From an uncultured beta proteobacterium (GTDB lineage: Bacteria > Pseudomonadota > Gammaproteobacteria > Burkholderiales > SG8-39), in the NCBI GenBank assembly GCA_963827595.1, contig CAWHBT010000016.1:172803-236802 (forward strand): a stretch of DNA of 64,000 nucleotides, given 5' to 3'. Shown here piece after piece: positions 42,010 to 50,680 of this stretch (within the stretch, counting starts at the first letter, position 1; each line of letters starts with the position of its first letter). Under the pieces are notes generated by a model. The model made no database searches. It was not told the DNA's origin and saw nothing but the letters and a program-made list of their open reading frames with translations. The position numbers and the translations under genes are program-made.

Positions 42010-43953
42010 ATGACCCGCGCCACGAAGACCACGCTCGCGATCATCGGAACGCTCGCCGGCGTCGCGGCGCTCGGCGTCGCGGTCCTCGACTGGAACGCGC
42101 TCAAGGGGCTGATCGAGTGGGGCGTCAGCGCGCGCACCGGTCACCGGTTCGTGATCGCCGGCGAGTTCGGCGTCGAGCTCGGGCGCCGCACGCGCGTGAC
42201 GGCGGACGAGGTCCGGCTCGCGAGCGCGCCCGGCGCCCGCGAGCCGGACGTCTTCACGGCCAGGCGGGTCGCCGCGGTCCTGTCGCTGCCCTCGTTGCTC
42301 GCGGGCAGGCTCGACCTGCACGAGCTCGATCTCGTCGCGCCGCGGCTCGCGCTCGAGCGTCGCGCGGACGCGGCACCCTTCGATCCCGGTGTCGGCGGGG
42401 GCCGCATCAAGGTCCGCCGCCTGCGCATCGACGAGGGCACGGTCGCGTTCGTCGACGCGGGAAGCAAGACCGACCTGGTGCTCCGATTCGCCGCTGCGGG
42501 CACCGACGCTGACGACGACCTGAAAGTGTCGGCGCAGGGCACCTTCCGGGGCGCGCCGCTGAAGGCCAGTGCGCGCGGGCCGGCCGTGCTGACGTTCGCG
42601 GAGCCGGACAAACCCTATCCATTCGTCGCCGAGGTCCGCGCGGGCGCGACCATCGCACAGCTGCGGGGAACCGCCGAAGCGCTCGACGCGCTCGACTTCG
42701 AGTTCGCCGTGCGCGGCGACGATCTCGCGCACCTTGGCCGGCTTACCGGACTCCCCCTTGGAGCGACGCCGCCGTATCAGCTCCGCGGACGCCTGCGCCG
42801 CACCGCACCGGACTGGCGGCTCGACGACCTCGCCGGACGGTTCGGGGAGAGCGACGTGGCGGGGACGCTCGCCTTCACCGCGCGGCCCCGCCGCCGCCTC
42901 GAGATCAACGTCGTATCGAACCGGCTCGACTTCGACGATCTCGGTCCGCTGATCGGTGCGCCGCCGCGCACGGTCGGCGAACGCGCGTCCCCCGAGCAGC
43001 GGCGCCAGGCGCAGCGCATGAAGGAAACCGGAGAGGTGCTGCCGGACAAGCCCTTCGCCACCGAGCGATGGCAGCACATGGACGTCGAGCTGACGCTCGT
43101 GGGCAAGCGCGTGCTGCATCCCCCGGCGCTGCCGATCGAGGCGCTCGATGCTCACGTGCGGATCGCCGACGGCGTGCTGCGGCTCGAGCCGCTGCGCCTG
43201 CGGCTCGCCGGCGGAACGGCGGTCGCGCAGGTCCGCCTCGACGGCCGCGGGGCGCCGCTCCGCGGCACCGCGGACGTCGAGTTCCACGGGCTCGAGCTGC
43301 GGAAGCTCTTTCCGACGGTCGAAGCCATGAAGAAGGCGCGCGGACTCGCCCACGGTCGGGCGCGCCTCGCGGGCACCGGCGAGTCGGTCAAGGAGCTGCT
43401 CGGCAGCGCCGACGGGCGGATCAGCCTCGCGGTCGATCGCGGCATGGTCAGCAACCTCCTCCTGGAGCTCCTCGGGCTCGATGCAGCCGAGTCGCTGCTC
43501 ATCTTCACGACCGGGGATCGCGACATCCCGCTCCGCTGCGCAGTCGCGGATCTGGGCCTCGCGAAGGGCATCGCGACCACCAACGTGCTGGTGCTCGACA
43601 CCCCCGACACCCTGGTGGTCGGACGCGGCGTCGTGGACCTGCGCCGGGAGACCCTCGATCTCACGCTCTACCCCCGTCCCAAGGACACCAGCCTGCTCGC
43701 CGCGCGCGTACCGCTTCACGTCCGCGGCTCGCTCCGCGATCCCCGGGTACGGCCCGACGCTTCCGCGCTCGCGGTGCGCGGGATCGGCGCGGCAGTGCTC
43801 GCCCTCGTCAACCCGCTGCTTGCGCTCGCGCCGTTCATCGAGACCGGTCCGGGCAAGGACAGCGACTGCGCCCGCCTGCTCGAGGCGGCGAACGACTGGT
43901 CCGCACCGCAGGACGGTCGCGACCGTGCGCCGCGGCCCGGAGCGAAACGGTGA
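42010..43953 (+). CDS. AsmA-family outer-membrane biogenesis protein
   Basis: 647 aa. N-terminal TM anchor TTLAIIGTLAGVAALGVAVL followed by long beta-rich repeats, with AsmA-like C-terminal blocks. Confidence 0.75.
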   Translation: MTRATKTTLAIIGTLAGVAALGVAVLDWNALKGLIEWGVSARTGHRFVIAGEFGVELGRRTRVTADEVRLASAPGAREPDVFTARRVAAVLSLPSLLAGRLDLHELDLVAPRLALERRADAAPFDPGVGGGRIKVRRLRIDEGTVAFVDAGSKTDLVLRFAAAGTDADDDLKVSAQGTFRGAPLKASARGPAVLTFAEPDKPYPFVAEVRAGATIAQLRGTAEALDALDFEFAVRGDDLAHLGRLTGLPLGATPPYQLRGRLRRTAPDWRLDDLAGRFGESDVAGTLAFTARPRRRLEINVVSNRLDFDDLGPLIGAPPRTVGERASPEQRRQAQRMKETGEVLPDKPFATERWQHMDVELTLVGKRVLHPPALPIEALDAHVRIADGVLRLEPLRLRLAGGTAVAQVRLDGRGAPLRGTADVEFHGLELRKLFPTVEAMKKARGLAHGRARLAGTGESVKELLGSADGRISLAVDRGMVSNLLLELLGLDAAESLLIFTTGDRDIPLRCAVADLGLAKGIATTNVLVLDTPDTLVVGRGVVDLRRETLDLTLYPRPKDTSLLAARVPLHVRGSLRDPRVRPDASALAVRGIGAAVLALVNPLLALAPFIETGPGKDSDCARLLEAANDWSAPQDGRDRAPRPGAKR

Positions 43954-43957
43954 TGAC

Positions 43958-44314
43958 CTAGTCGGATGGGTGCGAAGGCGGTCGCGGCGCTCCCCGCCCG
44001 GTGGCACCGCGCCAGCCGCGCAACGCGAGCTCGCCGAGGGCCCAAGGCGTTCCGTAACGTGCCCGCAGCAGCGACGCCGTGAGGCCGATCAGCATGCCGC
44101 CGAGCCCCAGCTTCCGGGTCGCCCCGCCCGCTTTCGCGGGACGGAGCGCCTCACCCAGGACGAAGCCGAGCGCCGCGACGCCGAGGAGGCTCTTCCCCGA
44201 GACCACCGCGTCGCGCAGCGTCGCGCACCAGTCGTCGGCGAGCGCGGCGACACCCTCGCGTTCGCGGGCGATGCGGCGCTCGACAATGCGGATCTCGTCG
44301 TCAAGCGGGGTCAT
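43958..44314 (-). CDS. YqjK-like membrane protein
   Basis: 118 aa. N-terminal charged helix (IVERRIAREREG) then two hydrophobic segments. Last gene of a yqjD-yqjE-yqjK-like triplet. Confidence 0.45.
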   Translation of the reverse strand: MTPLDDEIRIVERRIAREREGVAALADDWCATLRDAVVSGKSLLGVAALGFVLGEALRPAKAGGATRKLGLGGMLIGLTASLLRARYGTPWALGELALRGWRGATGRGAPRPPSHPSD

Positions 44315-44720
44315 CGGTGCCGGAGGTCGCGGGCGTGGGCGGCGCCCCCCGCAGCTGGCGGAGGGTGGCCGAGAACGGCAATTCGCGCATCCGGCCTCTC
44401 ATCCACAGCAGCAGCGCAACGGCGCCCAGGACGTTCGCCGCCGCGGCGCCGCCGAGCGCGGCGCCCCAGGAGGTGCCGGTGCCGGTCAGCGCCACGACGA
44501 CCGCGACGATCAACGCGAGCCACGCGGTCGACAGTAGCACCGCCGCGACGAGCCCAGCGGCGACCAGCCAGCCGAACCGGACCGCGGCGCGCCGCGCATC
44601 GAGCACGACGAGCAACGAGTAGTCGGCCGCGAGGCCGCGGATTCGCCGCACCAGTGACTCGGTGAGCGCGGCAAGCCGCGGACCGTCCGGCGCCGCAGCG
44701 CGTTCGGCCGGCGCGTTCAC
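44301..44720 (-). CDS. YqjE-like / phage-holin-family (DUF1469) membrane protein
   Basis: GTG start at 44720, 11 nt after the upstream stop. Amphipathic N-terminus then two long TM helices. Confidence 0.5.
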   Translation of the reverse strand: MNAPAERAAAPDGPRLAALTESLVRRIRGLAADYSLLVVLDARRAAVRFGWLVAAGLVAAVLLSTAWLALIVAVVVALTGTGTSWGAALGGAAAANVLGAVALLLWMRGRMRELPFSATLRQLRGAPPTPATSGTDDPA

Positions 44721-44730
44721 GTGGCGCCCT

Positions 44731-45033
44731 TCAGCGCGACAGCATCCGGCTGAGCAGATAGCCGGCCGCCAGAGCGACACCGAGGGCGGCGAGCGGGTGC
44801 TCACGCACGTAGCCCCGCGTCACGTCCGTCCATTCGTCGCGCGTCGCGAGCAGATCCCGGCTCTTCGCGCCGAGCCGCTCGGCCGCGACGGTGGCCGCGC
44901 CGGCGGCGCGGTCGATGACCTGGTGGGCGCCGGAACTCAGCCGATCGATGCCGCCGTGGGCCTTCTCGCTGAGCGCGTCGGCGCCGGGGCGCACGACGGT
45001 GGAATCGGGGTATGGCGTGGTGGTTTGTGGCAT
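44731..45033 (-). CDS. DUF883 (ElaB/YqjD/YgaM) ribosome-associated membrane-anchored stress protein
   Basis: SD AGGAG. 100 aa with the C-terminus REHPLAALGVALAAGYLLSRMLSR, characteristic of the family. Confidence 0.75.
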   Translation of the reverse strand: MPQTTTPYPDSTVVRPGADALSEKAHGGIDRLSSGAHQVIDRAAGAATVAAERLGAKSRDLLATRDEWTDVTRGYVREHPLAALGVALAAGYLLSRMLSR

Positions 45034-45092
45034 GACAACTCTCCTAGGGATTTGCGCACCGCGGCGACCCGCCGCCGCTGCGCAGTTCACCT

Positions 45093-45108
45093 CGCAACCG
45101 CCGTGCCC
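45093..45108 (-). promoter_or_regulatory. putative sigma54 -24/-12 promoter
   Basis: Minus strand 5'-GGGCACGGCGGTTGCG-3', exact GGCAC-N5-TTGC. The -12 GC is 61 nt before ATG 45033, immediately downstream of the terminator at 45118-45146. Confidence 0.65.
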
Positions 45109-45117
45109 GGGGAGCGC

Positions 45118-45146
45118 AAAAAAAGAACCCGCCGAGGTGGCGGGCG
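45118..45146 (-). terminator. rho-independent terminator
   Basis: Minus strand GCGCCCGCC-ACCTC-GGCGGGTTC followed by TTTTTTT. A second 9-bp hairpin (GTTTCAGCC-n13-GGCTGAAAC) lies at 45152-45182. Confidence 0.7.
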
Positions 45147-45304
45147 CAATTGTTTCAGCCGAGGAGCGGGGGAGGCTGAAACAGGGGAGGGTCAGTCAGT
45201 CGTTCACCCCGAAGGGAACGGTCTTGGCTCAAGCACCCCGCGTGCCACCGCGCGCGGCTGCGATTCTCCTGCCCAATCAGCGGCGCGTCTCCCGAACCCG
45301 TCAC

Positions 45305-45334
45305 GTAACTCTTACGCGATGTGGTAACGGCTAC
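45305..45334. promoter_or_regulatory. paired GTAAC-N2-yTAC motifs
   Basis: GTAACTCTTAC-GCG (45305) and GTAACGGCTAC-GCG (45324), centres 19 bp apart, ~200 bp upstream of the 45107 promoter and overlapping the stop of 45331-45564. Confidence 0.35.
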
Positions 45335-45564
45335 GCGCGGCGTCCCACCCCGCTGACCTCGTCGGCGAGAACGAGCAGCAGCGAGCGCGATAGCCGGACC
45401 TCGTCGAGCAGACGGCTGCAGGAGTGGTCGTAGCCACGGCGACGGCGGCGCTGCTCGAACCGGCGCACCGCGTCGCCAAACTTCAACGCCGTGCCGAGCA
45501 GTGCGCTTTGCAATTCCCGCTGCAGCTTGGCGCTTTCTACAATCGATCGGTCGACATGCCGCAT
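45331..45564 (-). CDS. hypothetical 77-aa protein
   Basis: Strong SD AGGAGG 7 nt before the ATG, with its own sigma54-type promoter. MRHVDRSIVESAKLQRELQS... No family recognised. Confidence 0.5.
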   Translation of the reverse strand: MRHVDRSIVESAKLQRELQSALLGTALKFGDAVRRFEQRRRRRGYDHSCSRLLDEVRLSRSLLLVLADEVSGVGRRA

Positions 45565-45597
45565 CGCGTGCCTCCTGTTGTCTGGTTCCCTTGACCG

Positions 45598-45613
45598 AGC
45601 ATGTTCCATGCCC
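45598..45613 (-). promoter_or_regulatory. putative sigma54 promoter
   Basis: Minus strand 5'-GGGCATGGAACATGCT-3' (GG-N10-GC). The -12 GC is 35 nt before ATG 45564. Confidence 0.5.
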
Positions 45614-45743
45614 GCGGAAGACGTTGCGTGCGGCGGCGTCCGCGACCAAGCGCCGGCGCGCTGCCGAAGCGCGAGCAACGCCGACGGGGGACAGCGCAAG
45701 GCGAGTGTCGCCTCGCGCGCGAAGTGCGACGCGTGCGACGGCG

Positions 45744-47198
45744 CTAGGCGGGGGTGGTGCGCCCGACCGTCGCGGCGCCGGACTTGGCCGTCGCCGGCGG
45801 CGGGCCGACCTCTCCTTCCGCCGCCAACTCCGGCGGCGAAGGGGTGACGCCCTTCTCCGCGGCCGCCTCCGCGCTGTAGGCCGTGAGCTTGTTGTAGAGC
45901 GTCTTCAGGCTGATGCCGAGCATCTCCGCCGCCTTGCGCTTCACGTTGCCGCACTCCGCAAGCGTCGCCTCGATCAGCCGCCGGTTGACCTCCTCGAGCG
46001 TCGTGCCGATCCGCACGGTGAGCAGCGGCGACCGCGTGGGCTCGACGAGTTCCTCGGGCGCGAGCTCCAGGTCGATCACCTTGTCGGCGAGGATGTGCGC
46101 GCGCTGGACGTAGTTCTTCAGCTCGCGCACGTTGCCCGGCCAGCTGTGCGCGTAGAGCGCAGCGATGGCCGCCGGCGCGAACACCTTGCTCGTGCCCTCC
46201 TCCTCGTTCAACCGGTCGAGGAAGTGCTGGGCGAGGATCTCGATATCGGTGCCGCGCTCGCGCAGCAGCGGCATCTGGATCGGGAACACGTTGAGCCGGT
46301 GGAAGAGGTCCTCCCGCAGCTTGCCTTCGGCGACCGCCTTCTCCGGCACGCGGTTGGTCGCGGCGATCATCCGGACGTCGGTCGCGATCGGCGTGTTCAT
46401 CCCGACGCGCATGAAGGTGCCGGTCTCGAGCACGCGCAGGAGCTTGACCTGGAGCTCGTGCGGCATCTCGGTGATCTCGTCGAGGAACAGCGTGCCGCCG
46501 TGGGCACGCTCGAAGAACCCCTTGTGCTGGCGATCGGCGCCGGTAAAGCTGCCCTTTTCGTGGCCGAAGAGCTCGCTCTCGATGAGCTGCGGCGACACCG
46601 CGCCGCAGTTGAGCGGCAGGAACGGCGCGCGCTTGCGCCGGCTGAGCTCGTGGATCGTCTGCGCGGCGAGCTCCTTGCCGGTACCGCTCTCGCCGATGAG
46701 CAGCACGGTGGCGGAGGTCGGCGCGACGCGCCCGAGCTGGTCGTAGAGCTTCTGGATCGGCGGCGACTGGCCGAGGATGTGGCCGAACCGGCCCAGCTTG
46801 CGCAACTCCTGCCGCAGCTCGCCGATCTGCGCGCGCAGCTCGTCCGGACGCGGCACGCGCCGCAGGATCGCCTTCAGCCGCTCGACGTCCGCAGGCTTGA
46901 CGAGATAGTCGGTCGCGCCGGCGCGCAGCGCCTCGATCGCGCTCTCGGTGCTCGCGTAGCCGGTCATGACGACGAACTCGGTCGAATCGCGCCGCTCGAG
47001 GTCGGTGACGAGCTCGATGCCCTGCCCGTCGGGCAGGATGAGGTCGGTCAGCAGCACGTCCGGGGCGAGACGCGTCAGCTGAATGCGCGCGGCGCGCAAC
47101 GAGTCGGCGGTCGCGACCGTGAAGCCCTCCCCTTTGACGAACTCCGCGAGCCAATCGAGCGTTTCCGGGTCGTCATCGACGAGCAGCACGTGCGGCAT
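45744..47198 (-). CDS. sigma54-dependent response regulator (NtrC-family bacterial enhancer-binding protein)
   Basis: Receiver domain (VLLVDDDPE...LLTDLILPDG...KP). AAA+ core with Walker A GESGTGKE, the sigma54-contact loop ELFGHEKGSFTGA (GAFTGA variant), and R-finger/Walker B DEI. C-terminal Fis-type HTH KRKAAEMLGISLKTLYNKL. Confidence 0.9.
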   Translation of the reverse strand: MPHVLLVDDDPETLDWLAEFVKGEGFTVATADSLRAARIQLTRLAPDVLLTDLILPDGQGIELVTDLERRDSTEFVVMTGYASTESAIEALRAGATDYLVKPADVERLKAILRRVPRPDELRAQIGELRQELRKLGRFGHILGQSPPIQKLYDQLGRVAPTSATVLLIGESGTGKELAAQTIHELSRRKRAPFLPLNCGAVSPQLIESELFGHEKGSFTGADRQHKGFFERAHGGTLFLDEITEMPHELQVKLLRVLETGTFMRVGMNTPIATDVRMIAATNRVPEKAVAEGKLREDLFHRLNVFPIQMPLLRERGTDIEILAQHFLDRLNEEEGTSKVFAPAAIAALYAHSWPGNVRELKNYVQRAHILADKVIDLELAPEELVEPTRSPLLTVRIGTTLEEVNRRLIEATLAECGNVKRKAAEMLGISLKTLYNKLTAYSAEAAAEKGVTPSPPELAAEGEVGPPPATAKSGAATVGRTTPA

Positions 47199-47245
47199 GG
47201 CTGGACTCCTTTGCTCGAGTGTTGTTTGTCGTGACTGCGGCGCGG

Positions 47246-47277
47246 GTAACGTTTACCGCGCGGATTGTAATTCTTAC
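47246..47277. promoter_or_regulatory. paired candidate activator sites (best example)
   Basis: GTAACGTTTAC-CGCG (47246-47256) and GTAATTCTTAC (47267-47277). Centres are 21 bp apart, 71 and 50 bp upstream of the 47322 GG and ~50-80 bp upstream of the divergent activator gene. Confidence 0.5.
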
Positions 47278-47320
47278 ACCCTAAACCGTGCTAATGGGGC
47301 ATTCCTGCAGCACATCCCAA

Positions 47321-47336
47321 CGGCACGCAACTTGCG
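47321..47336 (+). promoter_or_regulatory. putative sigma54 -24/-12 promoter
   Basis: 5'-CGGCACGCAACTTGCG-3', exact GGCAC-N5-TTGC. The -12 GC is 32 nt before ATG 47367. Confidence 0.65.
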
Positions 47337-47366
47337 TACCATCCGTGCTCGCACAAGGAGAACGCG

Positions 47367-47573
47367 ATGACGCGCGGACTCACGATCCTCGCCGCGGCGA
47401 CGCTGACTGTCGGGGCGAAACACCTGCTGCGCTACCTGCGCCGGAACGGTACACGGCGTGCGCAGCGCGAGGCGCTGCAGACGTGGGAGGGCGAAGGGGG
47501 TGCGGTGCCGGTCACCCGCTCGACCACTGCCGCGCAGGTTCCCCCTCTGCGCGGCGCCGACCGCGCGCGTTAG
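47367..47573 (+). CDS. hypothetical 68-aa protein with WEGEGG motif
   Basis: SD AAGGAG. N-terminal hydrophobic segment (LTILAAATLTVGA), a basic stretch, then LQTWEGEGGAVP. Divergent from the activator gene. Confidence 0.5.
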   Translation: MTRGLTILAAATLTVGAKHLLRYLRRNGTRRAQREALQTWEGEGGAVPVTRSTTAAQVPPLRGADRAR

Positions 47574-47589
47574 CGCTGACCCGAGCGCC

Positions 47590-47605
47590 GGGCACGCGAG
47601 TTGCC
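47590..47605 (+). promoter_or_regulatory. putative sigma54 promoter with no protein gene downstream
   Basis: 5'-GGGCACGCGAGTTGCC-3', exact GGCAC-N5-TTGC, 17 nt after the stop of 47367-47573. It points into the hairpin at 47657-47691 and antisense to the antiporter pseudogene. Confidence 0.5.
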
Positions 47606-47656
47606 TCGGTGCGAATCGCGTCCGGCGCACTCCCTCCCCTGCGTCCGGTCAGCCGC

Positions 47657-47691
47657 GCCGGGCACCCTCATCTCTCGTGGGGGTGCCCGGC
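47657..47691 (+). other. perfect 11-bp stem-loop (candidate sRNA/leader structure)
   Basis: GCCGGGCACCC-n13-GGGTGCCCGGC, ~40 nt downstream of the predicted start site of the 47590 promoter. No T tract follows. Confidence 0.4.
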
Positions 47692-47753
47692 GGGACGCAC
47701 TCCCCGACCCTGTACCCAACCCTGCACTGGAAGCCCGGCCCCTGGCGCTGCCA

Positions 47754-48372
47754 TCACGCGCCCCGTCGACGGCGAAGATGCCAGTCCATGATCGGCGTGG
47801 CGGAGACCCCGTGCGCGAGCACTGAAGCGCCGATCACCGCCAGCGTCGCCGCCGCGAGCAGCGGTGCGTCGGCGGGCGCGCCGCGATTCAGCGCGAAGGC
47901 GAGCCAGTAGAGGGAGCCGAGCCCGCGCACCCCGAACCATTGGAGCAGCCCCCGCTCCCGCACCGACACCGATCCCCGACCAGCGACACCGCCACCGCGA
48001 CCGGACGGGCAACCAGGAGCACGAAGACGGCGAACCCCGCCGCGACCGCGGCGAGCGCGATCGTCACGACCAACGCCGGACCCGCGAGGCGCAGCGGCAC
48101 CCGCCACGCCGGGTCGGCGAGCCGGACGCCGAGCCGCAAGCCCACGCTGAAGAGCGACAGGACCACGCCGATCGCGGCGGTGCCTTCGACGAGGGGCAGG
48201 TGATCCGCGACATCGATGTCCAGCAGCCCGAGGCCCCGCGGCCGAGAGCGTCGCCGCAAGCGAGATAGAGGATCGCCGCGCTGAACAGCAGTCGCTCGAT
48301 CGCGGCGCCGGCCGGCGCCATGAGCAGCAGCAACGCGCCGGCGGCGAGGAACCATCCGGTGAGAAGACTCAT
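47754..48372 (-). pseudogene. cation:proton antiporter (CPA1-like) remnant with frameshifts and an internal deletion
   Basis: Three consecutive frames give MSLLTGWFLAAGALLLLMAPAGAAIERLLFSAAILYLACGDALG / PRGLGLLDIDVADHLPLVEGTAAIGVVLSLFSVGLRLG...LLVARPVAVAVSLVG / SVSVRERGLLQWFGVRGLGSLYWLAFAL...IMDW. Only ~205 aa in total, whereas the family normally has >400. Confidence 0.6.
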
Positions 48373-48413
48373 GCGTTCGACCCCGCAAGCAAGTCGGACG
48401 CTAACCCGCCCGC

Positions 48414-48445
48414 GTAACTTCTTCAGTACCTCCGGCAAAACCTAC
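48414..48445. promoter_or_regulatory. paired candidate activator sites
   Basis: GTAACTTCTTC (48414) and GCAAAACCTAC (48435). Centres are 21 bp apart, 72 and 51 bp upstream of the 48491 GG. Confidence 0.4.
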
Positions 48446-48489
48446 ACCGCGGGCGCGGGCCAGTCGCTCGTCCGGATCAGCGCCGATGC

Positions 48490-48505
48490 TGGCACGCCCC
48501 ATGCT
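48490..48505 (+). promoter_or_regulatory. putative sigma54 promoter
   Basis: 5'-TGGCACGCCCCATGCT-3' (perfect TGGCAC, -12 element ATGCT). The -12 GC is 60 nt before ATG 48564. Confidence 0.55.
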
Positions 48506-48563
48506 CACCCTCCGTCGCTCGGCGGACGGGCCCGAGCTTTGTTTGCCCGTCGATCGGAGGAGC

Positions 48564-49772
48564 ATGATGTCCCATGCCGCGGTGAACGCGCCGGCTCGCG
48601 ACGCGCTGCAGGAGCCGTCCCGAGGCCCGACAACGCCGGGCGCCGAGGGGCCGACCGAGCCGGCCGCGGCCGAGGCGGCGCAGCGTATCCGCTACCGGCG
48701 CGCCGCTGGCACTGCGGTCGGCGTGATCGCCGCGATCGCGGTGATCGGGCTGCTCCGCTGGGCGGCGGCGTTCTTCATCCCGTTCGTCGCCGGGCTCCTG
48801 ATCGCATACGCGCTGCGGCCGATCGTCGAGGCGCTCGAGCGCCTCCGCCTGCCGCGGACACTGAGCGCGAGCCTGGTGCTCATCCTGGTGGTCGCGGCGC
48901 TGGGCGGCGGGATCTACACCCTCAGCGACGACTTCGAGCGTGCGGTGGCAACGCTCCCCGACGCCGCGCGGAAGATCCGCATCGCGGCCGAGCACAGCGG
49001 GCGCCAGCAGAGCAGCCCGATCGCCCACGTCCAGGAGGCGGCGAAAGAGCTCGAGCAGGCAGCCGCCGCCGACTCGAAGCCGCGGCCAGCGCCCAGGCGC
49101 CCCGCGGCTTCGCTAGGCGAGACCGGGATCGCGCTGCAGCTCCAGCAATACGTGCTCAGGCAGGCGGCGTCGGCGCTCGGGGTGGTCGCGGAGATCGGGC
49201 TCGCGATCCTGCTTGCCTTCTTCGTGCTGCTCGCCGGCGATTCGTTCCGGCGCAAGCTGATGCAGCTCGTCGGTCCGTCGCTCGCCCGCAAGCGGATGAC
49301 GCTCGAGGTCCTCCAGGAGATCGACGTCCAGGTGCAGCGCTACATGTTCGTGACGCTGGTCACCAACGTGACCGTCGCCGTCGCCGTGGCCGCGCTCGCC
49401 GCTGCGGTGGGGCTCGACGAGCCGGCCGCGTGGGGCATCGCCGCCGGGCTGCTCCATCTCGTGCCCTACGCCGGCGCCGTGCTGGCGGCGATCGCGCTCG
49501 CCGTCGGGGGGCTGCTGCAGCTCGGCTCGCTCACTGCGGCGGTGCTTCTCGGTCTGGGGACGCTGCTCGTCGTGGCCACGATCGGCGTGCTGTTCCAGAC
49601 CTGGCTGCAGAGCCGCGCTTCGAGGGTCAATGCGGTCGCGGTGTTCGTCGGGCTGCTGTTCTTCGGCTGGCTCTGGGGCGCCTGGGGGCTGGTCCTGGGC
49701 GCGCCGCTGATCGCGATCGCGAAGACGGTCGCCGACCGCATCGCCGAGCCGGTCGGCACCCTTCTCGGCTGA
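48564..49772 (+). CDS. AI-2E family transporter (PerM/YhhT, UPF0118)
   Basis: SD GGAGG before ATGATG. ~8 TM helices with FIPFVAGLLIAYAL and LHLVPYAGAVLA blocks typical of the family. Confidence 0.8.
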   Translation: MMSHAAVNAPARDALQEPSRGPTTPGAEGPTEPAAAEAAQRIRYRRAAGTAVGVIAAIAVIGLLRWAAAFFIPFVAGLLIAYALRPIVEALERLRLPRTLSASLVLILVVAALGGGIYTLSDDFERAVATLPDAARKIRIAAEHSGRQQSSPIAHVQEAAKELEQAAAADSKPRPAPRRPAASLGETGIALQLQQYVLRQAASALGVVAEIGLAILLAFFVLLAGDSFRRKLMQLVGPSLARKRMTLEVLQEIDVQVQRYMFVTLVTNVTVAVAVAALAAAVGLDEPAAWGIAAGLLHLVPYAGAVLAAIALAVGGLLQLGSLTAAVLLGLGTLLVVATIGVLFQTWLQSRASRVNAVAVFVGLLFFGWLWGAWGLVLGAPLIAIAKTVADRIAEPVGTLLG

Positions 49773-49799
49773 CGGCGCCCGCCGCTGCTCCCCGGTCTC

Positions 49800-49815
49800 G
49801 GGCACGCGCGTTGCA
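49800..49815 (+). promoter_or_regulatory. putative sigma54 -24/-12 promoter
   Basis: 5'-GGGCACGCGCGTTGCA-3', exact GGCAC-N5-TTGCA. The -12 GC is 65 nt before ATG 49879. Confidence 0.65.
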
Positions 49816-49878
49816 GACCCGTCCATGCACTGCGTGCGCGCATTCCGCGGGCACGATCAATCGACGCAAGGAGCAGCC

Positions 49879-50103
49879 ATGAACTGGGATCGGATCGAAG
49901 GCAACTGGAAGCAGGTCAAGGGCAAGGTGAAGGAGCAGTGGGGCAAGCTGACCGACGACGAGCTCGACGTCATCGCCGGCAAGCGCGACCAGCTCATCGG
50001 CAAAGTGCAGGAGCAGTACGGCATCTCCAAGGACGAGGCCGAGCGCCAGGTCCAGACGTTCGAGGAAGGCCTCCGCGACATCGACACCCGCAACCCCTCC
50101 TAG
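49879..50103 (+). CDS. CsbD-family general stress protein
   Basis: SD AAGGAG. MNWDRIEGNWKQVKGKVKEQWGKLTDDELDVIAGKRDQLIGKVQEQYG is a near-textbook CsbD domain. Confidence 0.9.
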   Translation: MNWDRIEGNWKQVKGKVKEQWGKLTDDELDVIAGKRDQLIGKVQEQYGISKDEAERQVQTFEEGLRDIDTRNPS

Positions 50104-50112
50104 GAGACGGCA

Positions 50113-50646
50113 ATGAACCGTAAACCCATCATCGCAGCGCTCGTCGCGCTCGGACTGGCGGCGGCCGGGCCGGCGCTGGCGGAAGACCGGATACCCCGCG
50201 AGGCCTACAAGGCCGAGAAGGACCGGATCGAAGCCGAGTACAAGGCCGCCAAGGAGCGGTGCAACAAGCTGTCCGGGAACGCCGAGGACGTGTGCGAGGC
50301 CCAGGCGAAGGCCGACCAGCGCATCGCCGAAGCCGACCTCGATGCGCGCAACAAGGGCACCGCAAAGGCGCGGGCCGACGCACGGCTGGTGCGCGCCGAC
50401 GCGCAGTACGACGTCGCGAAGGAGAAGTGCGACGACCTCTCCGGCAACGCCAAGGACGTGTGCACCAAGGACGCGAAAGCCGCCCATGCGCGCGCCAAGG
50501 CCGAAGCGAAGGCCGACCGCAGCGCCGACGCGTCGACGGCGACCCGCGAGACCGACTACCGGGCCGCGCTGGCGCGCTGCGACAAGCTGACGGGCGACCC
50601 GCGCGCGACCTGCGTCGCCGAAACCAAGGTCAAGTACGGTCGGTAG
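50113..50646 (+). CDS. secreted Lys/Ala-rich protein with three C-x2-L-[ST]-G-x5-C repeats
   Basis: Signal peptide ...AAAGPALA|E. Repeats are CNKLSGNAEDVC, CDDLSGNAKDVC and CDKLTGDPRATC, each preceded by a Y-x3-K-E/A-[KR]-C context. No family name recalled. Confidence 0.6.
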   Translation: MNRKPIIAALVALGLAAAGPALAEDRIPREAYKAEKDRIEAEYKAAKERCNKLSGNAEDVCEAQAKADQRIAEADLDARNKGTAKARADARLVRADAQYDVAKEKCDDLSGNAKDVCTKDAKAAHARAKAEAKADRSADASTATRETDYRAALARCDKLTGDPRATCVAETKVKYGR

Positions 50647-50680
50647 CCCGTTCGCCAACCATCCTCTTCAGGAGGTACAG

